Shown: positions 27,179 to 37,918, counted from the first letter of the stretch. The stretch is 64,000 nucleotides of DNA from Myxococcales bacterium (GCA_047601445.1 JASGJH010000001.1:8800001-8864000), one strand, 5' to 3'. Numbers and translations: made by a program. The notes: generated from the sequence alone by a model not told the origin.

Positions 27179-28069
27179 CTAGGCTCCCTTGGCCTTGCGT
27201 TTACGCTTCGTCTCGGGCTGCTCCGCTTCCTCTTCTTCCTTCGGCTCGGCCTTCTTCGGTCCCTTGCCGGACGGCGCGGGCGCCGCCTTCTTTCCGAGCG
27301 CGTTGGGTTCGAGGCTCTTCTTGAGCGCCTCGAACAGATCGATAATCTGGGCGGCCGGCTGCTCGGGAGCCGTCTGGATCTCCATGCCCTGCGCCTTCTG
27401 CTCGGCCACCTGACGGACGCGGTCGCTGGTCTCGTCGCGGAACTCCGACGGGTCGAAGCTCTCCACGCTCAGCTGCTCGATCAACTTCAGCGCCAGGTCG
27501 CGCTCGCTCTGACTCAGCCGCACGTCGCTCCCGATGTCCACCTCGTCGAACGCATGCACCTCGTCGGCGTAGTAGAGCTGGTGCAACGCGAGGCCCTTGT
27601 CGTACGGGCGAATCATCACCACATAGCTCTTGCCGCGCGCGTTGTAGCGTCCGATGGCCACCACGCTCGAGTCCTTCATGGCGTGCCCTAGCAGGGTGTA
27701 CGCCTTGTGTCCGCCTTTGTCGGGTCCGAGGTAGTGGGTCTTCTCGATCTGGATGAAGTCCACCGTCTGCGCGGGCACGAACTGGACGATGTCGATGGTG
27801 TTGGTGCGCTCGGCCTCCAGCTGACGTAGCTCCTCGTTGCTGAAGACCACGTACTGGCCCTTGGAGATCTCGTAGCCCTTGACGGTGTCGTCGCGCTCGA
27901 TGACCTGATCGTGGGTGGGGCAGTAGAGCTGCTGCTTGACCCGCGTGTTGCACTCCTTGTGGAGCATGTTGAAGCTCACACTTTCGGAGTGGGTGGCGGT
28001 GTAGAGCTTGACCGGGATCGAGACGAGCCCGAAGGAGATGGTGGTCGATCCAGTAGAGCGCGCGGCCAT
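27179..28069 (-). CDS. ku: NHEJ protein Ku
   Basis: ISFGLVSIPVKLYTAT, VKGYE, IIDLFEALKKSL, basic C-terminal tail; ATG at 28069. Confidence 0.95.
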   Translation of the reverse strand: MAARSTGSTTISFGLVSIPVKLYTATHSESVSFNMLHKECNTRVKQQLYCPTHDQVIERDDTVKGYEISKGQYVVFSNEELRQLEAERTNTIDIVQFVPAQTVDFIQIEKTHYLGPDKGGHKAYTLLGHAMKDSSVVAIGRYNARGKSYVVMIRPYDKGLALHQLYYADEVHAFDEVDIGSDVRLSQSERDLALKLIEQLSVESFDPSEFRDETSDRVRQVAEQKAQGMEIQTAPEQPAAQIIDLFEALKKSLEPNALGKKAAPAPSGKGPKKAEPKEEEEAEQPETKRKRKAKGA

Positions 28070-28105
28070 GCCGAAAGCATAGATCGCGGCCTCGGTGTCA
28101 TGTAA

Positions 28106-30739
28106 ATGAATGGCGTGAGCGAAGGCGACAAGCCCGACAAACTCGCGGGCTACCGCCAGAAACGGGACCCGGGGCGTACCAACGAGCCCTTCGCGCCTGA
28201 ACCTTTGCCCAGCGCACGCGCAGGACGCGCGGCTGGCGGGGCCAGCTGGGGTGGCGCGTTCGTTGTCCATGAGCACGATGCCAGCCGCAAGCACTACGAC
28301 CTACGGTTGGAGGTGGGCGGCGTCCTCAAGAGCTTTGCCGTGCCCCAGGGGCCGACCCTGGACCCCGAAAAGAAACGTCTCGCCGTGCAAACCGAGGACC
28401 ACCCGTTCGAGTACCTCGAGTTCGAGGGCGTGATCCCCGACCACAACTACGGCGCAGGACCCATGATCGCCTGGGACCTGGGCCGCGTGCGCTATCTCGA
28501 GCAGTCCGCCGAAGAGGGGCTCGCCAAGGGCAAGCTCGACTTCGAGCTCCAGGGCTACAAGCTGCGCGGGCGTTTTGCCCTGGTGCTCACCAGCGGTCGC
28601 AAGCCCGGAGACAACCCGAAGCAGAAGCAATGGCTGCTGCTCAAGAAGCGCGACCCACACGCGCGCCCGAATACCGAGCTGATCGAGGAGCTTCCCCAGA
28701 GCGTGCTGTCGGGCCTGCGCGTCACGGAGCTCGAGGCCGCCCACGAGCGCGCGCAGGCGCTCGAGGCAGAGCTTGCAAAGCTCGGCGTCGAGCAGCGTGC
28801 CTTGCACTCGAGCGGACTGGTGCCCATGGCGTGCGCGCTGGACGGGGCTCCGCTCGAGAGTCCCGCCTATCTCTACGAGCTCAAACTCGACGGCGTGCGC
28901 ATGCTGGCGGAGAAGCAAGGCGACGAAGTCTCGCTCTTCTACCGCAAGGGTCGCAGCGGCACCATCAGCTATCCGGAGGTCGTGCGGGCCCTGCGCGCGT
29001 TGCCCTTCGAACACGTAGTCCTGGACGGCGAGATCATCACCATCGACGAGACGGGACGCCCCAACTTCCAGCGCCTGGCCCAGCGCTTCCAGGCCACGCG
29101 CCCGCGCGACGTGGAGCGCGTGATGCGCATTGTGCCCGTCAGTTTCATCGCGTTCGATTTGCTGGCCCTCGGCCCCTACGACCTCACCAAACAGCCGCTG
29201 ATCGATCGCAAAGCCCTGCTGCAGCGCATCGTACCGCCACGCGGCGTGATCTCTCGTCTCGATCACATCGAGGGAGACGGCCGTGCACTCTACGAGTTTT
29301 GCCGGGTACAGCGCCTGGAGGGGCTGGTGGCCAAGCGCGCAGGCTCGCCTTACCGCGTGGGCCCCAAGGCATCGAACGACTGGGTGAAGATCAAGGCCGA
29401 CCGCGAGGACGATTTCGTGGTCATTGGCTACACCAAGGGCAACGTAGGGCGCGAACTCGGTGCGCTCGATCTGGCGAGCTACCAGGGCGATCAACTGATC
29501 TCACGTGGCAAGGTCGGCAGTGGCTTCGATGCCGCGACCCTCAAACTTCTGCTCGGAGAGCTCACGCCGCGCCGTGTGAAGAGCGTGGACGTGCAGGGTG
29601 AGCTCACGCAGGCGCCGCGCGGACGCACCTTCGTGCGGCCAGAGCTGGTGGTCAACGTGCGCTACACGGGCTTCACCGAAGATGGACATCTGCGTCATCC
29701 CGTGTACCGCGGGCTGCGCGCCGACGTCGCGCCTCGTGACTGCACGGCGGGTCCAGCGCTTCCCATCGAGCAGATTCAGCTCGAGGGCGAGGTCTCCGCG
29801 CGCGAGGAGCCGCCACCCCCCAAGCCCAAACCGGTGTCGACCGCCGAGCGGCGCGTCGTGATCTCCAATCCCAAGAAGGTGTTTTGGCCTGCCGAGGGCT
29901 ACACCAAGAGCGACCTGTGCGCCTACTACGAGGCGATGGCGCCCGTGTTGTTGCCGATTCTACGCGAGCGCCCCGTGATCCTGGTGCGCTATCCCGATGG
30001 CATCGAGGGCAAGAGTTTCTATCAGTGGAACGCGCCGCAGGGCACGCCGTCGTGGGTGCGCACGGTGAAGGTGCGCTGGGAGGATCGCGACAACAAGGAG
30101 GTCGAGCTGTTCCTCATCGACGACCTTCCGACGCTGGCCCACATCGCGAACCTCGGCTGTATCCCGCTGCATATCCTGGCCTCGCGCGTGGGCGCACTCT
30201 CCACCTCGGACTTCTTCACCATCGACTTCGATCTCGGAGGCCAGCCCCTGTCCTACGGCATCACGCTGGCGCGCGAGCTGAAGGCCTTGCTCGAGCAGGT
30301 GGGGCTGCGGGGCTATCCCAAGACCAGCGGTCAGACGGGCCTGCACGTGCTGGTTCCGCTCGGGCCGGCCATCGGCTTCGACACGGCGCGCGCCCTGTGC
30401 GAGTTGCTCGGCACGCTCGTCGCCAACAAACACCGCGAGATCGCCACCGTGGAGCGCAACAAGGCACGTCGCGGCCCGCGGGTCTATGTGGACACGGGCC
30501 AGACCGGAACGCTGCGGGCCATCGTGGCACCGTACTCGGTGCGCGCCTATCCGGGTGCGCGCGTGTCTACGCCTCTCACGTGGGACGAGGTGTCGTTCGC
30601 GCTCGAGCCTGCCCGCTTCAATATCTTCAGCGTGCCCGAGCGCATGCAGGAAATCGGCGACCCGCTGGCGGACTTCCTCAAGCAAACACCGGACATCCCG
30701 GCTGTGGTGGAGGCACTGCGTGCGCGGTTTTCACGCTGA
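28106..30739 (+). CDS. ligD: NHEJ DNA ligase D (phosphoesterase-ligase-polymerase)
   Basis: PE HDASRKHYDLRLE/TEDHP; ligase ELKLDG, EGLVAK, WVKIK; primase-polymerase RYPDGI, KTSGQTGLHV, APYSVRA, VSTPLTWDE. Confidence 0.95.
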   Translation: MNGVSEGDKPDKLAGYRQKRDPGRTNEPFAPEPLPSARAGRAAGGASWGGAFVVHEHDASRKHYDLRLEVGGVLKSFAVPQGPTLDPEKKRLAVQTEDHPFEYLEFEGVIPDHNYGAGPMIAWDLGRVRYLEQSAEEGLAKGKLDFELQGYKLRGRFALVLTSGRKPGDNPKQKQWLLLKKRDPHARPNTELIEELPQSVLSGLRVTELEAAHERAQALEAELAKLGVEQRALHSSGLVPMACALDGAPLESPAYLYELKLDGVRMLAEKQGDEVSLFYRKGRSGTISYPEVVRALRALPFEHVVLDGEIITIDETGRPNFQRLAQRFQATRPRDVERVMRIVPVSFIAFDLLALGPYDLTKQPLIDRKALLQRIVPPRGVISRLDHIEGDGRALYEFCRVQRLEGLVAKRAGSPYRVGPKASNDWVKIKADREDDFVVIGYTKGNVGRELGALDLASYQGDQLISRGKVGSGFDAATLKLLLGELTPRRVKSVDVQGELTQAPRGRTFVRPELVVNVRYTGFTEDGHLRHPVYRGLRADVAPRDCTAGPALPIEQIQLEGEVSAREEPPPPKPKPVSTAERRVVISNPKKVFWPAEGYTKSDLCAYYEAMAPVLLPILRERPVILVRYPDGIEGKSFYQWNAPQGTPSWVRTVKVRWEDRDNKEVELFLIDDLPTLAHIANLGCIPLHILASRVGALSTSDFFTIDFDLGGQPLSYGITLARELKALLEQVGLRGYPKTSGQTGLHVLVPLGPAIGFDTARALCELLGTLVANKHREIATVERNKARRGPRVYVDTGQTGTLRAIVAPYSVRAYPGARVSTPLTWDEVSFALEPARFNIFSVPERMQEIGDPLADFLKQTPDIPAVVEALRARFSR

Positions 30740-30842
30740 AATCGGTACTTTCGCGCAGATGAAATGCGCCTCGGACCGGGGTGCAGAGCACCCCTCTTCA
30801 CCCACGGGCGCCGTGGGCGGGCCAATGGCAGGATAGGGCGAG

Positions 30843-32102
30843 ATGGATGAAGTCAGAACATTGATCGTGGGCGCCGGCATGAGCGGGCTCGCGACCGCGG
30901 CGTTCCTGAAGCACTCGGACTACGCCATCCTCGAGCGCGACGCGGAGATAGGCGGCTACTGCAAGACCGTGCGTCAGGACGGCTTCGTCTGGGACTACTC
31001 GGGTCACTTCTTCCACTTCAAGCACCAGGACATCTCGGACTACTTGCACTCCCGCATGCCCGGCCAGAGCATTCGCAAGGTCGAGAAGCGATCCTTCATC
31101 CACTACAAGGGCGCCTACGTCGATTTCCCCTTCCAAAAGAACATCCACCAGCTCCCGAAGGACGAGTTCATCGAGTGTCTGGTGGATCTGTACTTCGCAC
31201 GCACCCCGGGCGAGGCACCTGCGCTGCCCGAGAACAACTTCGAGGAGATGCTGTACGCGCGCTTCGGCCGGGGCATCGCGGAGAAGTTCCTCATCCCTTA
31301 CAACGAGAAGCTCTACGCCTGCCGCCTCAGTTCCCTGGACAAGAACGCGATGGGGCGCTTCTTCCCCCACGCCGACCTGCCCGACATCATCCGCAACATG
31401 CGGAGTGCCGACAACAGCAGCTACAACGCCTCGTTCATGTATCCCGAGGGCGGAGCCTTCGAGTACGTGAAGGCGCTGGCCTCCGAGGTCGACGCACGCA
31501 AGATTCACCTCTCCGAGAGCCTGCAGAGCCTGGACGTCTCGAGGAAGATCGCGCGCACCACGCGGCGTGAGATTCGCTTCGAGAACCTGGTGTCCTCCAT
31601 CCCGTTTCCCGCGCTGGCACGTGCCGCGGGCAAGGCGGACGACGCACAGGTGTGGACCTGGAACAAGGTGCTCGTGTTCAACCTCGGCTTCGACAAGAAG
31701 GGCCCCGAGCGCGTGCACTGGGTGTACTACCCGGATCGCTCGCTCGCGTTCTATCGCGTGGGCTTCTACGACAACATCTTCGACACCGAGCGCATGAGCC
31801 TCTACGTGGAGATCGGCTATCCGGCCGATGCCGAGGTGAATGTGGAAGCGATGCTCGAGCGCACGCTGCAGGATCTCGAGCGAGTGGGAGTAGTCGATGG
31901 GCAGCGCCTGATCTCACACCACTCGGTGATCCTCGATCCGGCCTACGTGCACATCACCGAGGCTTCCATGCGCGCCCATGCAGCGCTCAAGGGAGAGCTG
32001 GCGTCGCACGGCGTGCATACCATCGGGCGCTATGGTGGTTGGACCTATTGTTCCATCGAAGATAACGTGATCGAGGCGCGCGCTCTCGCACCGAGCTTGT
32101 GA
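30843..32102 (+). CDS. FAD-dependent oxidoreductase (HemY/UDP-galactopyranose mutase-like)
   Basis: [38 protein letters not shown]. Confidence 0.85.
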   Translation: MDEVRTLIVGAGMSGLATAAFLKHSDYAILERDAEIGGYCKTVRQDGFVWDYSGHFFHFKHQDISDYLHSRMPGQSIRKVEKRSFIHYKGAYVDFPFQKNIHQLPKDEFIECLVDLYFARTPGEAPALPENNFEEMLYARFGRGIAEKFLIPYNEKLYACRLSSLDKNAMGRFFPHADLPDIIRNMRSADNSSYNASFMYPEGGAFEYVKALASEVDARKIHLSESLQSLDVSRKIARTTRREIRFENLVSSIPFPALARAAGKADDAQVWTWNKVLVFNLGFDKKGPERVHWVYYPDRSLAFYRVGFYDNIFDTERMSLYVEIGYPADAEVNVEAMLERTLQDLERVGVVDGQRLISHHSVILDPAYVHITEASMRAHAALKGELASHGVHTIGRYGGWTYCSIEDNVIEARALAPSL

Positions 32103-32124
32103 TCTCGGCGCGCACCGCGCTTGC

Positions 32125-32910
32125 TCAACCCGACGAACGCGAGGCCTGCAGCAGCGCAGGCGTGTTGAGTCGGAAGCGCCCCGCGTGCTCCAGCGCGCGG
32201 CGCACGCGATCGGGCGCCGTGCGGCCCTTGGCGCGCATGCCTGCCATGTGCAGCATGCCCGCATGCACCTGAGCCACGGTTTGGTTCAAATCGATGGGCT
32301 GATTCGAGGGGGATCGCGCACCTTCGCTGACGAGCCGCGACCCGAGAACGGCGGCCTCTCGGGCCAATACCTGGACCTCTTGCGGGCCGTCTTTGAGCCA
32401 CTCGCCGAGTCTGATGTCCCGCATCAGGCCCAGCGCGTTCACGCTCAGGATGAAGGCATATTTGTCGACGATGGCCTGCTCCAGCGCCGCCATGTCGGGT
32501 AGCCGATCGACCGCGAAGCCCAGGCTTTCGTGCAGGGCCTGCGCGAGTTCTGCGAACTGTCCATAAACGGGGGTGCTGCGGGCCACCAGGAGCGGCTCAC
32601 CTTTCTTCTTCAGCAGCCACGGCACCATCACCGTCGCGCGCTCTGAAAAGCGCTGCCATAGCGAGGGAAAGAGCTCGTTCTGCAGCAAGATGATCGAGTC
32701 GAGGCGCGGCTTCGGTAAGCTCTCGAGCGCAGGCTCGAGGTCTGCTTCGCCGACGGCTACGAGCAGTGGCGTATCCAGTGGGATCCCCTGCAGTGCGACC
32801 TCTGGACGTGCGGCGCGCGTAACGGGGATGACACGCATGCCGCGCTTGAGGGCCGCGGTCGCGTAGAGTTGTCCGAGCTCGCCGATTCCCATCACGATCA
32901 AATCGTGCAT
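32125..32910 (-). CDS. Rossmann-fold hypothetical protein (ketopantoate reductase-like N-terminus)
   Basis: IVMGIGELG, LLQNEL; TACAAT 6 nt upstream of ATG 32910. Confidence 0.7.
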   Translation of the reverse strand: MHDLIVMGIGELGQLYATAALKRGMRVIPVTRAARPEVALQGIPLDTPLLVAVGEADLEPALESLPKPRLDSIILLQNELFPSLWQRFSERATVMVPWLLKKKGEPLLVARSTPVYGQFAELAQALHESLGFAVDRLPDMAALEQAIVDKYAFILSVNALGLMRDIRLGEWLKDGPQEVQVLAREAAVLGSRLVSEGARSPSNQPIDLNQTVAQVHAGMLHMAGMRAKGRTAPDRVRRALEHAGRFRLNTPALLQASRSSG

Positions 32911-33011
32911 GTCGAGATTGTATCCAACGCCGACAAACCTGCAGCTCATGAGCCAGCGATAGGACGAAGTTGCGGCACACTGAGAAAGCGCTGCTACAGT
33001 CTGCGTAAGCC

Positions 33012-33653
33012 GTGATGACCCCTGACGATCACGACGAGCACCGAGCTGTGTTGTCCACAACCGGCGCGGTCGACGCCAAACGTTTGGCGGCGTTTCATCG
33101 CGGGCCCGAGGTGGCCCTGATGAGGCGCGTCGCTGCGGGCGTGCCCGAGGCCCAAGAGGAGCTGGCCGAGCGGTTGGTCATGCGCGTGCGGCGCGGTGCC
33201 CATGCGCTGATGCGCGGCTCCGCAGACGCCGACGACTCGGCCCAGTTGGCGCTCGTGGAGATCCTGCGGAGTGCCCACGATTATTCAGGAAAGTACACAG
33301 TCGAGCGCTGGGCCGATCGGATCGTGGGGCGCAGTGTGATCCGGTTCTCACGGGCCGTTCGGCGGCGCGCGGGGGCCTTCTCCACCATCAGCGTCGACGA
33401 TGAGTCCACGCTCGAGCGCTCGGATCGTCCGCCGCGCAACCTGGACGAGTGCCTGGGACGCTTGTCGGTGGCTGCTCGCGAAGCACTGCTCTTGCGACAC
33501 GCCTTTGGTCAATCGGTCGAAGAGATCGCCGAGTTGACCCAGGTCTCTCCCGACACCGTGCGCGACCGCTTGTTGCTCGCGCGCAAGGAATTTCGCCGCA
33601 TGGTCCTGGCCCGCCCGCGCGACGCCGCGCACGGCAAGGGAGACGTGTCATGA
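33012..33653 (+). CDS. ECF RNA polymerase sigma factor
   Basis: Region 2 DADDSAQLALVEI..W; region 4 REALLLRH..G.SVEEIAEL..VS..TVRDRL..AR. Confidence 0.88.
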   Translation: MMTPDDHDEHRAVLSTTGAVDAKRLAAFHRGPEVALMRRVAAGVPEAQEELAERLVMRVRRGAHALMRGSADADDSAQLALVEILRSAHDYSGKYTVERWADRIVGRSVIRFSRAVRRRAGAFSTISVDDESTLERSDRPPRNLDECLGRLSVAAREALLLRHAFGQSVEEIAELTQVSPDTVRDRLLLARKEFRRMVLARPRDAAHGKGDVS

Positions 33654-35128
33654 GCACGCTGACCGAACGCTGGGCGAGCCTGAGGGACCGCGAGGCGCTA
33701 GGTGACGTGCTGAGCCCGAGCGAACTCGCTGACGCAGGACGCATCGAGAGCCTGGATCCAGACGTGCAGACCTACGTGCACCAGATGCGCGAGCTCGAGA
33801 CCTATCTGGAGGGCAAGCGTGGTGAACACGCCACCGCGCCCGATCACCAGCTCGTGCTGCGCGCGCTCTCGGCCGTGCAGCTGGATGCGCCGAGCCCACG
33901 CGTGCGGGCCATCGATCACGATCGGGAGCTCGCGCGCGCCGCCGATCCAGAAGGGCCGGGTTGGATTCGTCTGCTGGCCACCGCGTTGAGTGTCGGGATG
34001 ACCGTGGCCGCGGCGCTCGCGCTCGTGCTCTACGAACCGCGTTCGGTACGACGCGCGGACACTGGGGCGAAGGCGCCAACGCCGGCGCAGACTGGCTCCG
34101 CGCCGGCAACGGCTCTTTCACCCAAGGTGGAGGCGCTGTTGCAGGTGCGCACGTCAGAACGTGGCGCGCGTTTGCGGCGTTCAGGTGAGGTGCTGGCCCC
34201 CGCAACGCTGCTCGGCCAGTCGGACAGCGTCAGCAGCGGCGACAAGGCTGGATGCTTCGTGGTCGAAGGTGAGCTCGAGTTCTGCCTCGCCGCAGGCTCC
34301 AGTGTGACGCTCAAGGTCTTGGCAGAGAACAACTTGGCGCTCGAGCTCGAGCGCGGGCATCTCTCCCTGCATGGACCGAGCAAGCGTGGCATTCGGCGTG
34401 TGACGGTGGATGCGCACGAGGTTCGCGTGGTCGCTGAATCCCCGGTCACGTTTGGCCTCGATCTCGGGGAGCCCGCAGCCCAGCTGGTCCGCGCGCGGGT
34501 CCTGCGCGGGCGCGTGAGGATGGTGGCCGCGGCCCAGAGCCTGGATGTGCCCGAGCTCAAGTCCGCAGTGTACCGCCGCGATGGACGTGTGCTCGATGTG
34601 GTCGACCTGTTGCCAGGGCCGGCGCAGCACGAATGGGATCTCGTGGGCACGGGCCGCCTGGGGGCGATGGTCGCGAGCATGATGTCGGGCGCGGGTGACC
34701 GTGCGCGCGGCGAGTCCGTGGCCATGCAAGAGCCGGTCGCCGAGCTCGAGCGCGCGCCGCGCGAGCTCATGCAGGACGCCTGGGAGTTGCTCAAGGAGGA
34801 GCGCTGGCAGGAGGCCGCCAACGTCTATCAGCGCATCGCGCGCGAGGCGCCTCACAGCGAGGAGTCCCATATCGTGCTCGTGCGTTTGGGCGACCTGCTC
34901 CTCGAGCGTCTCGCGGATCCGGTGCACGCGCTCTCGGCCTTCGATCGCTATTTGAGCGAGGGTGGGGGACCGTTGGCGGCCGAGGCGCGCCACGGGCGTA
35001 TCGCCGTATTTCGGCGCCTGGGACGCGTGGATGACGAGCGCGCCGCCATCGAAGAGTTCCTGCGCTTTCACGAGAAGAGCACCGAAGCTCCCCAGCTGCA
35101 GGCGCGCCTCAGGGTGCTCGCTCCCTAG
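33650..35128 (+). CDS. Putative anti-sigma factor (TM, FecR-like domain, C-terminal TPR)
   Basis: ATGA coupling to the ECF gene; TM; LELERG FecR-like strands; TPR-like C-terminus. Confidence 0.7.
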   Translation: MSTLTERWASLRDREALGDVLSPSELADAGRIESLDPDVQTYVHQMRELETYLEGKRGEHATAPDHQLVLRALSAVQLDAPSPRVRAIDHDRELARAADPEGPGWIRLLATALSVGMTVAAALALVLYEPRSVRRADTGAKAPTPAQTGSAPATALSPKVEALLQVRTSERGARLRRSGEVLAPATLLGQSDSVSSGDKAGCFVVEGELEFCLAAGSSVTLKVLAENNLALELERGHLSLHGPSKRGIRRVTVDAHEVRVVAESPVTFGLDLGEPAAQLVRARVLRGRVRMVAAAQSLDVPELKSAVYRRDGRVLDVVDLLPGPAQHEWDLVGTGRLGAMVASMMSGAGDRARGESVAMQEPVAELERAPRELMQDAWELLKEERWQEAANVYQRIAREAPHSEESHIVLVRLGDLLLERLADPVHALSAFDRYLSEGGGPLAAEARHGRIAVFRRLGRVDDERAAIEEFLRFHEKSTEAPQLQARLRVLAP

Positions 35129-35131
35129 TCC

Positions 35132-35665
35132 TTGAGCGGCTTGCTCCGATACGAGCGCGATGCTCTGCTCTTCGGCGTGGCACGCAGAGCACTTTTCGAT
35201 CGCTTACCGCGGGGAGCTCTCCCCATCCTGAAGGAAGTCGCGCGTCACTTGTTGCGGCGCCCCGTGGTGGGCATCGCCGCAGTCGCGCGTCGGCACGATG
35301 GACACATCCTGTTGGTGAAGCGGGGTGACACCGGCACCTGGGGATTGCCCGGCGGCACCATGGAGTGGGGCGAACCGGCGCGCACGAGTCTGACGCGCGA
35401 GCTGCGGGAGGAGGCAGGGGCCACCGTGCTCCGCACCGGTCGTCTGGTGGGGGTCTTTACGGCGCCGGAGCGGGACGACCGCATGCACGGCGTCACCATC
35501 GTGGTCGAAGCGGAGGTTGCCCCCGAGCTGAGTGGTCCCGAGAACCCCATCGAGATTCACGAAGCCAGGTTCTTCCCGCCCGACGCCTTGCCGCATCCCC
35601 TGGCGTTCACGGGCGACGACATGGTGAAGCAGGCGCTCGCGGGAGGCCCTGCCTACTGGGAATGA
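35132..35665 (+). CDS. NUDIX hydrolase
   Basis: GGTMEWGEPARTSLTRELREEAG Nudix box; start uncertain. Confidence 0.9.
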   Translation: MSGLLRYERDALLFGVARRALFDRLPRGALPILKEVARHLLRRPVVGIAAVARRHDGHILLVKRGDTGTWGLPGGTMEWGEPARTSLTRELREEAGATVLRTGRLVGVFTAPERDDRMHGVTIVVEAEVAPELSGPENPIEIHEARFFPPDALPHPLAFTGDDMVKQALAGGPAYWE

Positions 35666-35679
35666 AGGAGGGGCTGTCG

Positions 35680-36414
35680 ATGCGCATCGGATCACGTTTC
35701 TGCGGGCCGCCCGCGAGTGGCAATGGGGGCTACACGGCGGGTTGCGTGGCGCGCCTGATCCAGGGCCCCGCCGAGGTCACGTTGCGTGCTCCGCCGCCGC
35801 TCGACACGGAGCTCACGCTCGAGTCGCGCGACGGCGGCGCGGTGTTGCTGGGGCCCGATGGAGGTCTCATCGCGGAGGGCAAGCCCACGACGTTGGAGCT
35901 CGTGCTGCCGGCCAGCGTCGGTTGGGACGAAGCGCGAGCTGCCACCGCGCACTACGTGGGCTTTCGCGAGCATCCCTATCCGGGTTGCTTCGTGTGCGGC
36001 CCACGACGTCCTGCGGGTATCGCTCCCGGCCTGGGCTTGTACCCCGGGGCAGTCCGCAGCCCGTCGGGGCAAGCCGTGGTCGCCGCGCCGTTTCGACCGC
36101 CAGCCGATCTGGCGGACGACCAGGGCCTGCTGAAGCCCGAGTTCGTGTGGGCCGCGCTCGATTGCCCGTCGTGGTTCGGCCACGCGGCGTACCTCGAGCA
36201 CGTACCCAAGATCCTGCTGGGGCGCCTGGCCGTCCACATCGCCCGGCGCCCTCGGGCAGAGGGCGCGAGCGCGGTCGGGGAGGCATGCGTCGTGATGGGT
36301 TGGAGCCTCGGTCAGGAGGGGCGCCGTATTACATGCGCCTCAGCGCTATATGACGAGCGGGGCGACTGCCTGGCCTGGGGCAAGGCGGTCTGGGTCGAGC
36401 TCAAATCCGCGTGA
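35680..36414 (+). CDS. Double hotdog-fold thioesterase-like protein
   Basis: FCGPPASGNGGY, CFVCG, WAALDCP; AAGGAGG SD (alternative start 35662). Confidence 0.8.
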   Translation: MRIGSRFCGPPASGNGGYTAGCVARLIQGPAEVTLRAPPPLDTELTLESRDGGAVLLGPDGGLIAEGKPTTLELVLPASVGWDEARAATAHYVGFREHPYPGCFVCGPRRPAGIAPGLGLYPGAVRSPSGQAVVAAPFRPPADLADDQGLLKPEFVWAALDCPSWFGHAAYLEHVPKILLGRLAVHIARRPRAEGASAVGEACVVMGWSLGQEGRRITCASALYDERGDCLAWGKAVWVELKSA

Positions 36415-36607
36415 AGGCTTCGAAGCGGGTCTCGCTGGGGCGAGAGGGGCGCGGGGCCCTTCCACCCGGGTTCCGCCGGCGCTCGATCCAGTCGCGGGTA
36501 GCATCCCTAAGTGCGGTGAACAGCTGAGGAATCATCCAGAACGCCAGGAAGGCGAACAGGCACAGGGTGTAAGCGTAGAACAGGGCGAAGTCCAAGTTGA
36601 ACGTCAT
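36401..36607 (-). CDS. Small membrane protein (68 aa)
   Basis: Strong SD AAAGGAGAG; N-terminal aromatic/hydrophobic helix and basic tail. Confidence 0.65.
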   Translation of the reverse strand: MTFNLDFALFYAYTLCLFAFLAFWMIPQLFTALRDATRDWIERRRNPGGRAPRPSRPSETRFEAFTRI

Positions 36608-36733
36608 GGGGACTCTCCTTTACGCGACGCAATGCGTCATTGGGGGGTACAGGAACGCGCTCACGGCAACCGCAGCAGACACAGGGAGTGATGACTCGTT
36701 GGGGACCTGGGCTAGGGCTACGTCAGCGAACTG

Positions 36734-36767
36734 ATTACGATGTAATACCGGCTTGAGACAGGCGCAA
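36734..36767 (-). promoter_or_regulatory. Sigma70-like promoter TTGCGC-N17-TACATC overlapped by palindrome ATTAC-gat-GTAAT
   Basis: -35 at 36762-36767, -10 at 36739-36744, palindrome at 36734-36746, about 125 nt upstream of the small ORF. Confidence 0.5.
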
Positions 36768-36911
36768 GCCCCTGTAGGGAAAAAGTTCATCGTCGGTGTG
36801 GAGATTCACCGAGGCTGCACCGAAGGCACGGCGCCGCATGCCGGGCGCGACGATGAGCTCAGGGCTCGGTTCGTGCGGGCGTCGACGCGAGGAGGGGGGC
36901 CGCGCGGGGAG

Positions 36912-37784
36912 TCAGATGGACTCGATGCGCACGGCAGCGCCGAACGAGCGGGCGGCGTAGCCGAGGAATGTGTACCGGCACCGGGTTTCCTCGACGAACT
37001 CGAAGAACGCCTTGTACTCGTGTTCCTCGTAGCTCGGGTAGTTGAAGAACTCGTCGAAGAGAATCACCGAGCCCTTCACGAGACGTGGTCGCAACGCGTT
37101 CAAGACGAACTTGGCCGAGGAGTACAGGTCGCTGTCGATGTGGACGAAGGCGGCGGGGGCCGCGACCTGATCGAGAAAAGGCAGCAGAGTCTGGTCGAAC
37201 CAGCCGACGTGCAGCCGAACGTTCTCGCCTACTTGAGGCAGGGCGCCCGCCGTGGAGAACGCGCCCTTGCCACAGTCGCGCCAGCTCTCGGGGAGTCCTT
37301 CGAAGGAGTCGAAGCCGTGTACCTCGCGATCGGGTACGAGGGAGGAAATGATGTTGATGGTGCCGCCGTGATAGACGCCGAACTCTGCGAAAAAGCCGTC
37401 CAACGCGCGGGCCTCTTCGACACAGCGCTTCAGCAGTTCCACCGGAGTCGCATAGGCAGGTGCGTCCGGGCAGTGACGTAGCGCGAACTCCGCGGACGCA
37501 CGGGTGGCGAGCTCGTACTTGGTGCGCTCGATGTCTCCGACGCGAAGCGCCGCGTAGTCATTGGCGTGAGCGTCGTCGTAAGGACGCACGTTCGCTGCGT
37601 GCCAGAGCTTGCGCTGCATATCGGGTGACGAAAGGACTCGATGCACTTCGCCCGTGACGTCGGGGGAGGGCACGGCCTTGCGAACCACATCGGCGATGGC
37701 GCCCTGGACCTTGGGGTGCTTGAGGACCTTGACGGCGAGCTTGGTGAGGCGTCGCTCGATGAAGCTGGACATTCTTGCGACCAT
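36912..37784 (-). CDS. TylF/MycF-like class I SAM-dependent methyltransferase
   Basis: EFGVYHGG, GFDSFEGLPE, GWFDQTL, HIDSDLYSS, FDEF. Confidence 0.9.
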   Translation of the reverse strand: MVARMSSFIERRLTKLAVKVLKHPKVQGAIADVVRKAVPSPDVTGEVHRVLSSPDMQRKLWHAANVRPYDDAHANDYAALRVGDIERTKYELATRASAEFALRHCPDAPAYATPVELLKRCVEEARALDGFFAEFGVYHGGTINIISSLVPDREVHGFDSFEGLPESWRDCGKGAFSTAGALPQVGENVRLHVGWFDQTLLPFLDQVAAPAAFVHIDSDLYSSAKFVLNALRPRLVKGSVILFDEFFNYPSYEEHEYKAFFEFVEETRCRYTFLGYAARSFGAAVRIESI

Positions 37785-37918
37785 TGCGGCGAGCGGGAAC
37801 GTCGGCTTCGGGCGCAGCTATTCCTGTAGGTCCGGGTTAAGGGCGCACCATCTGAAGGTCGGCAGTCACATGCGCGGCCAAGGTGCACCAGGCCGCCGGA
37901 CGACCTGCGCGTGGGAGC

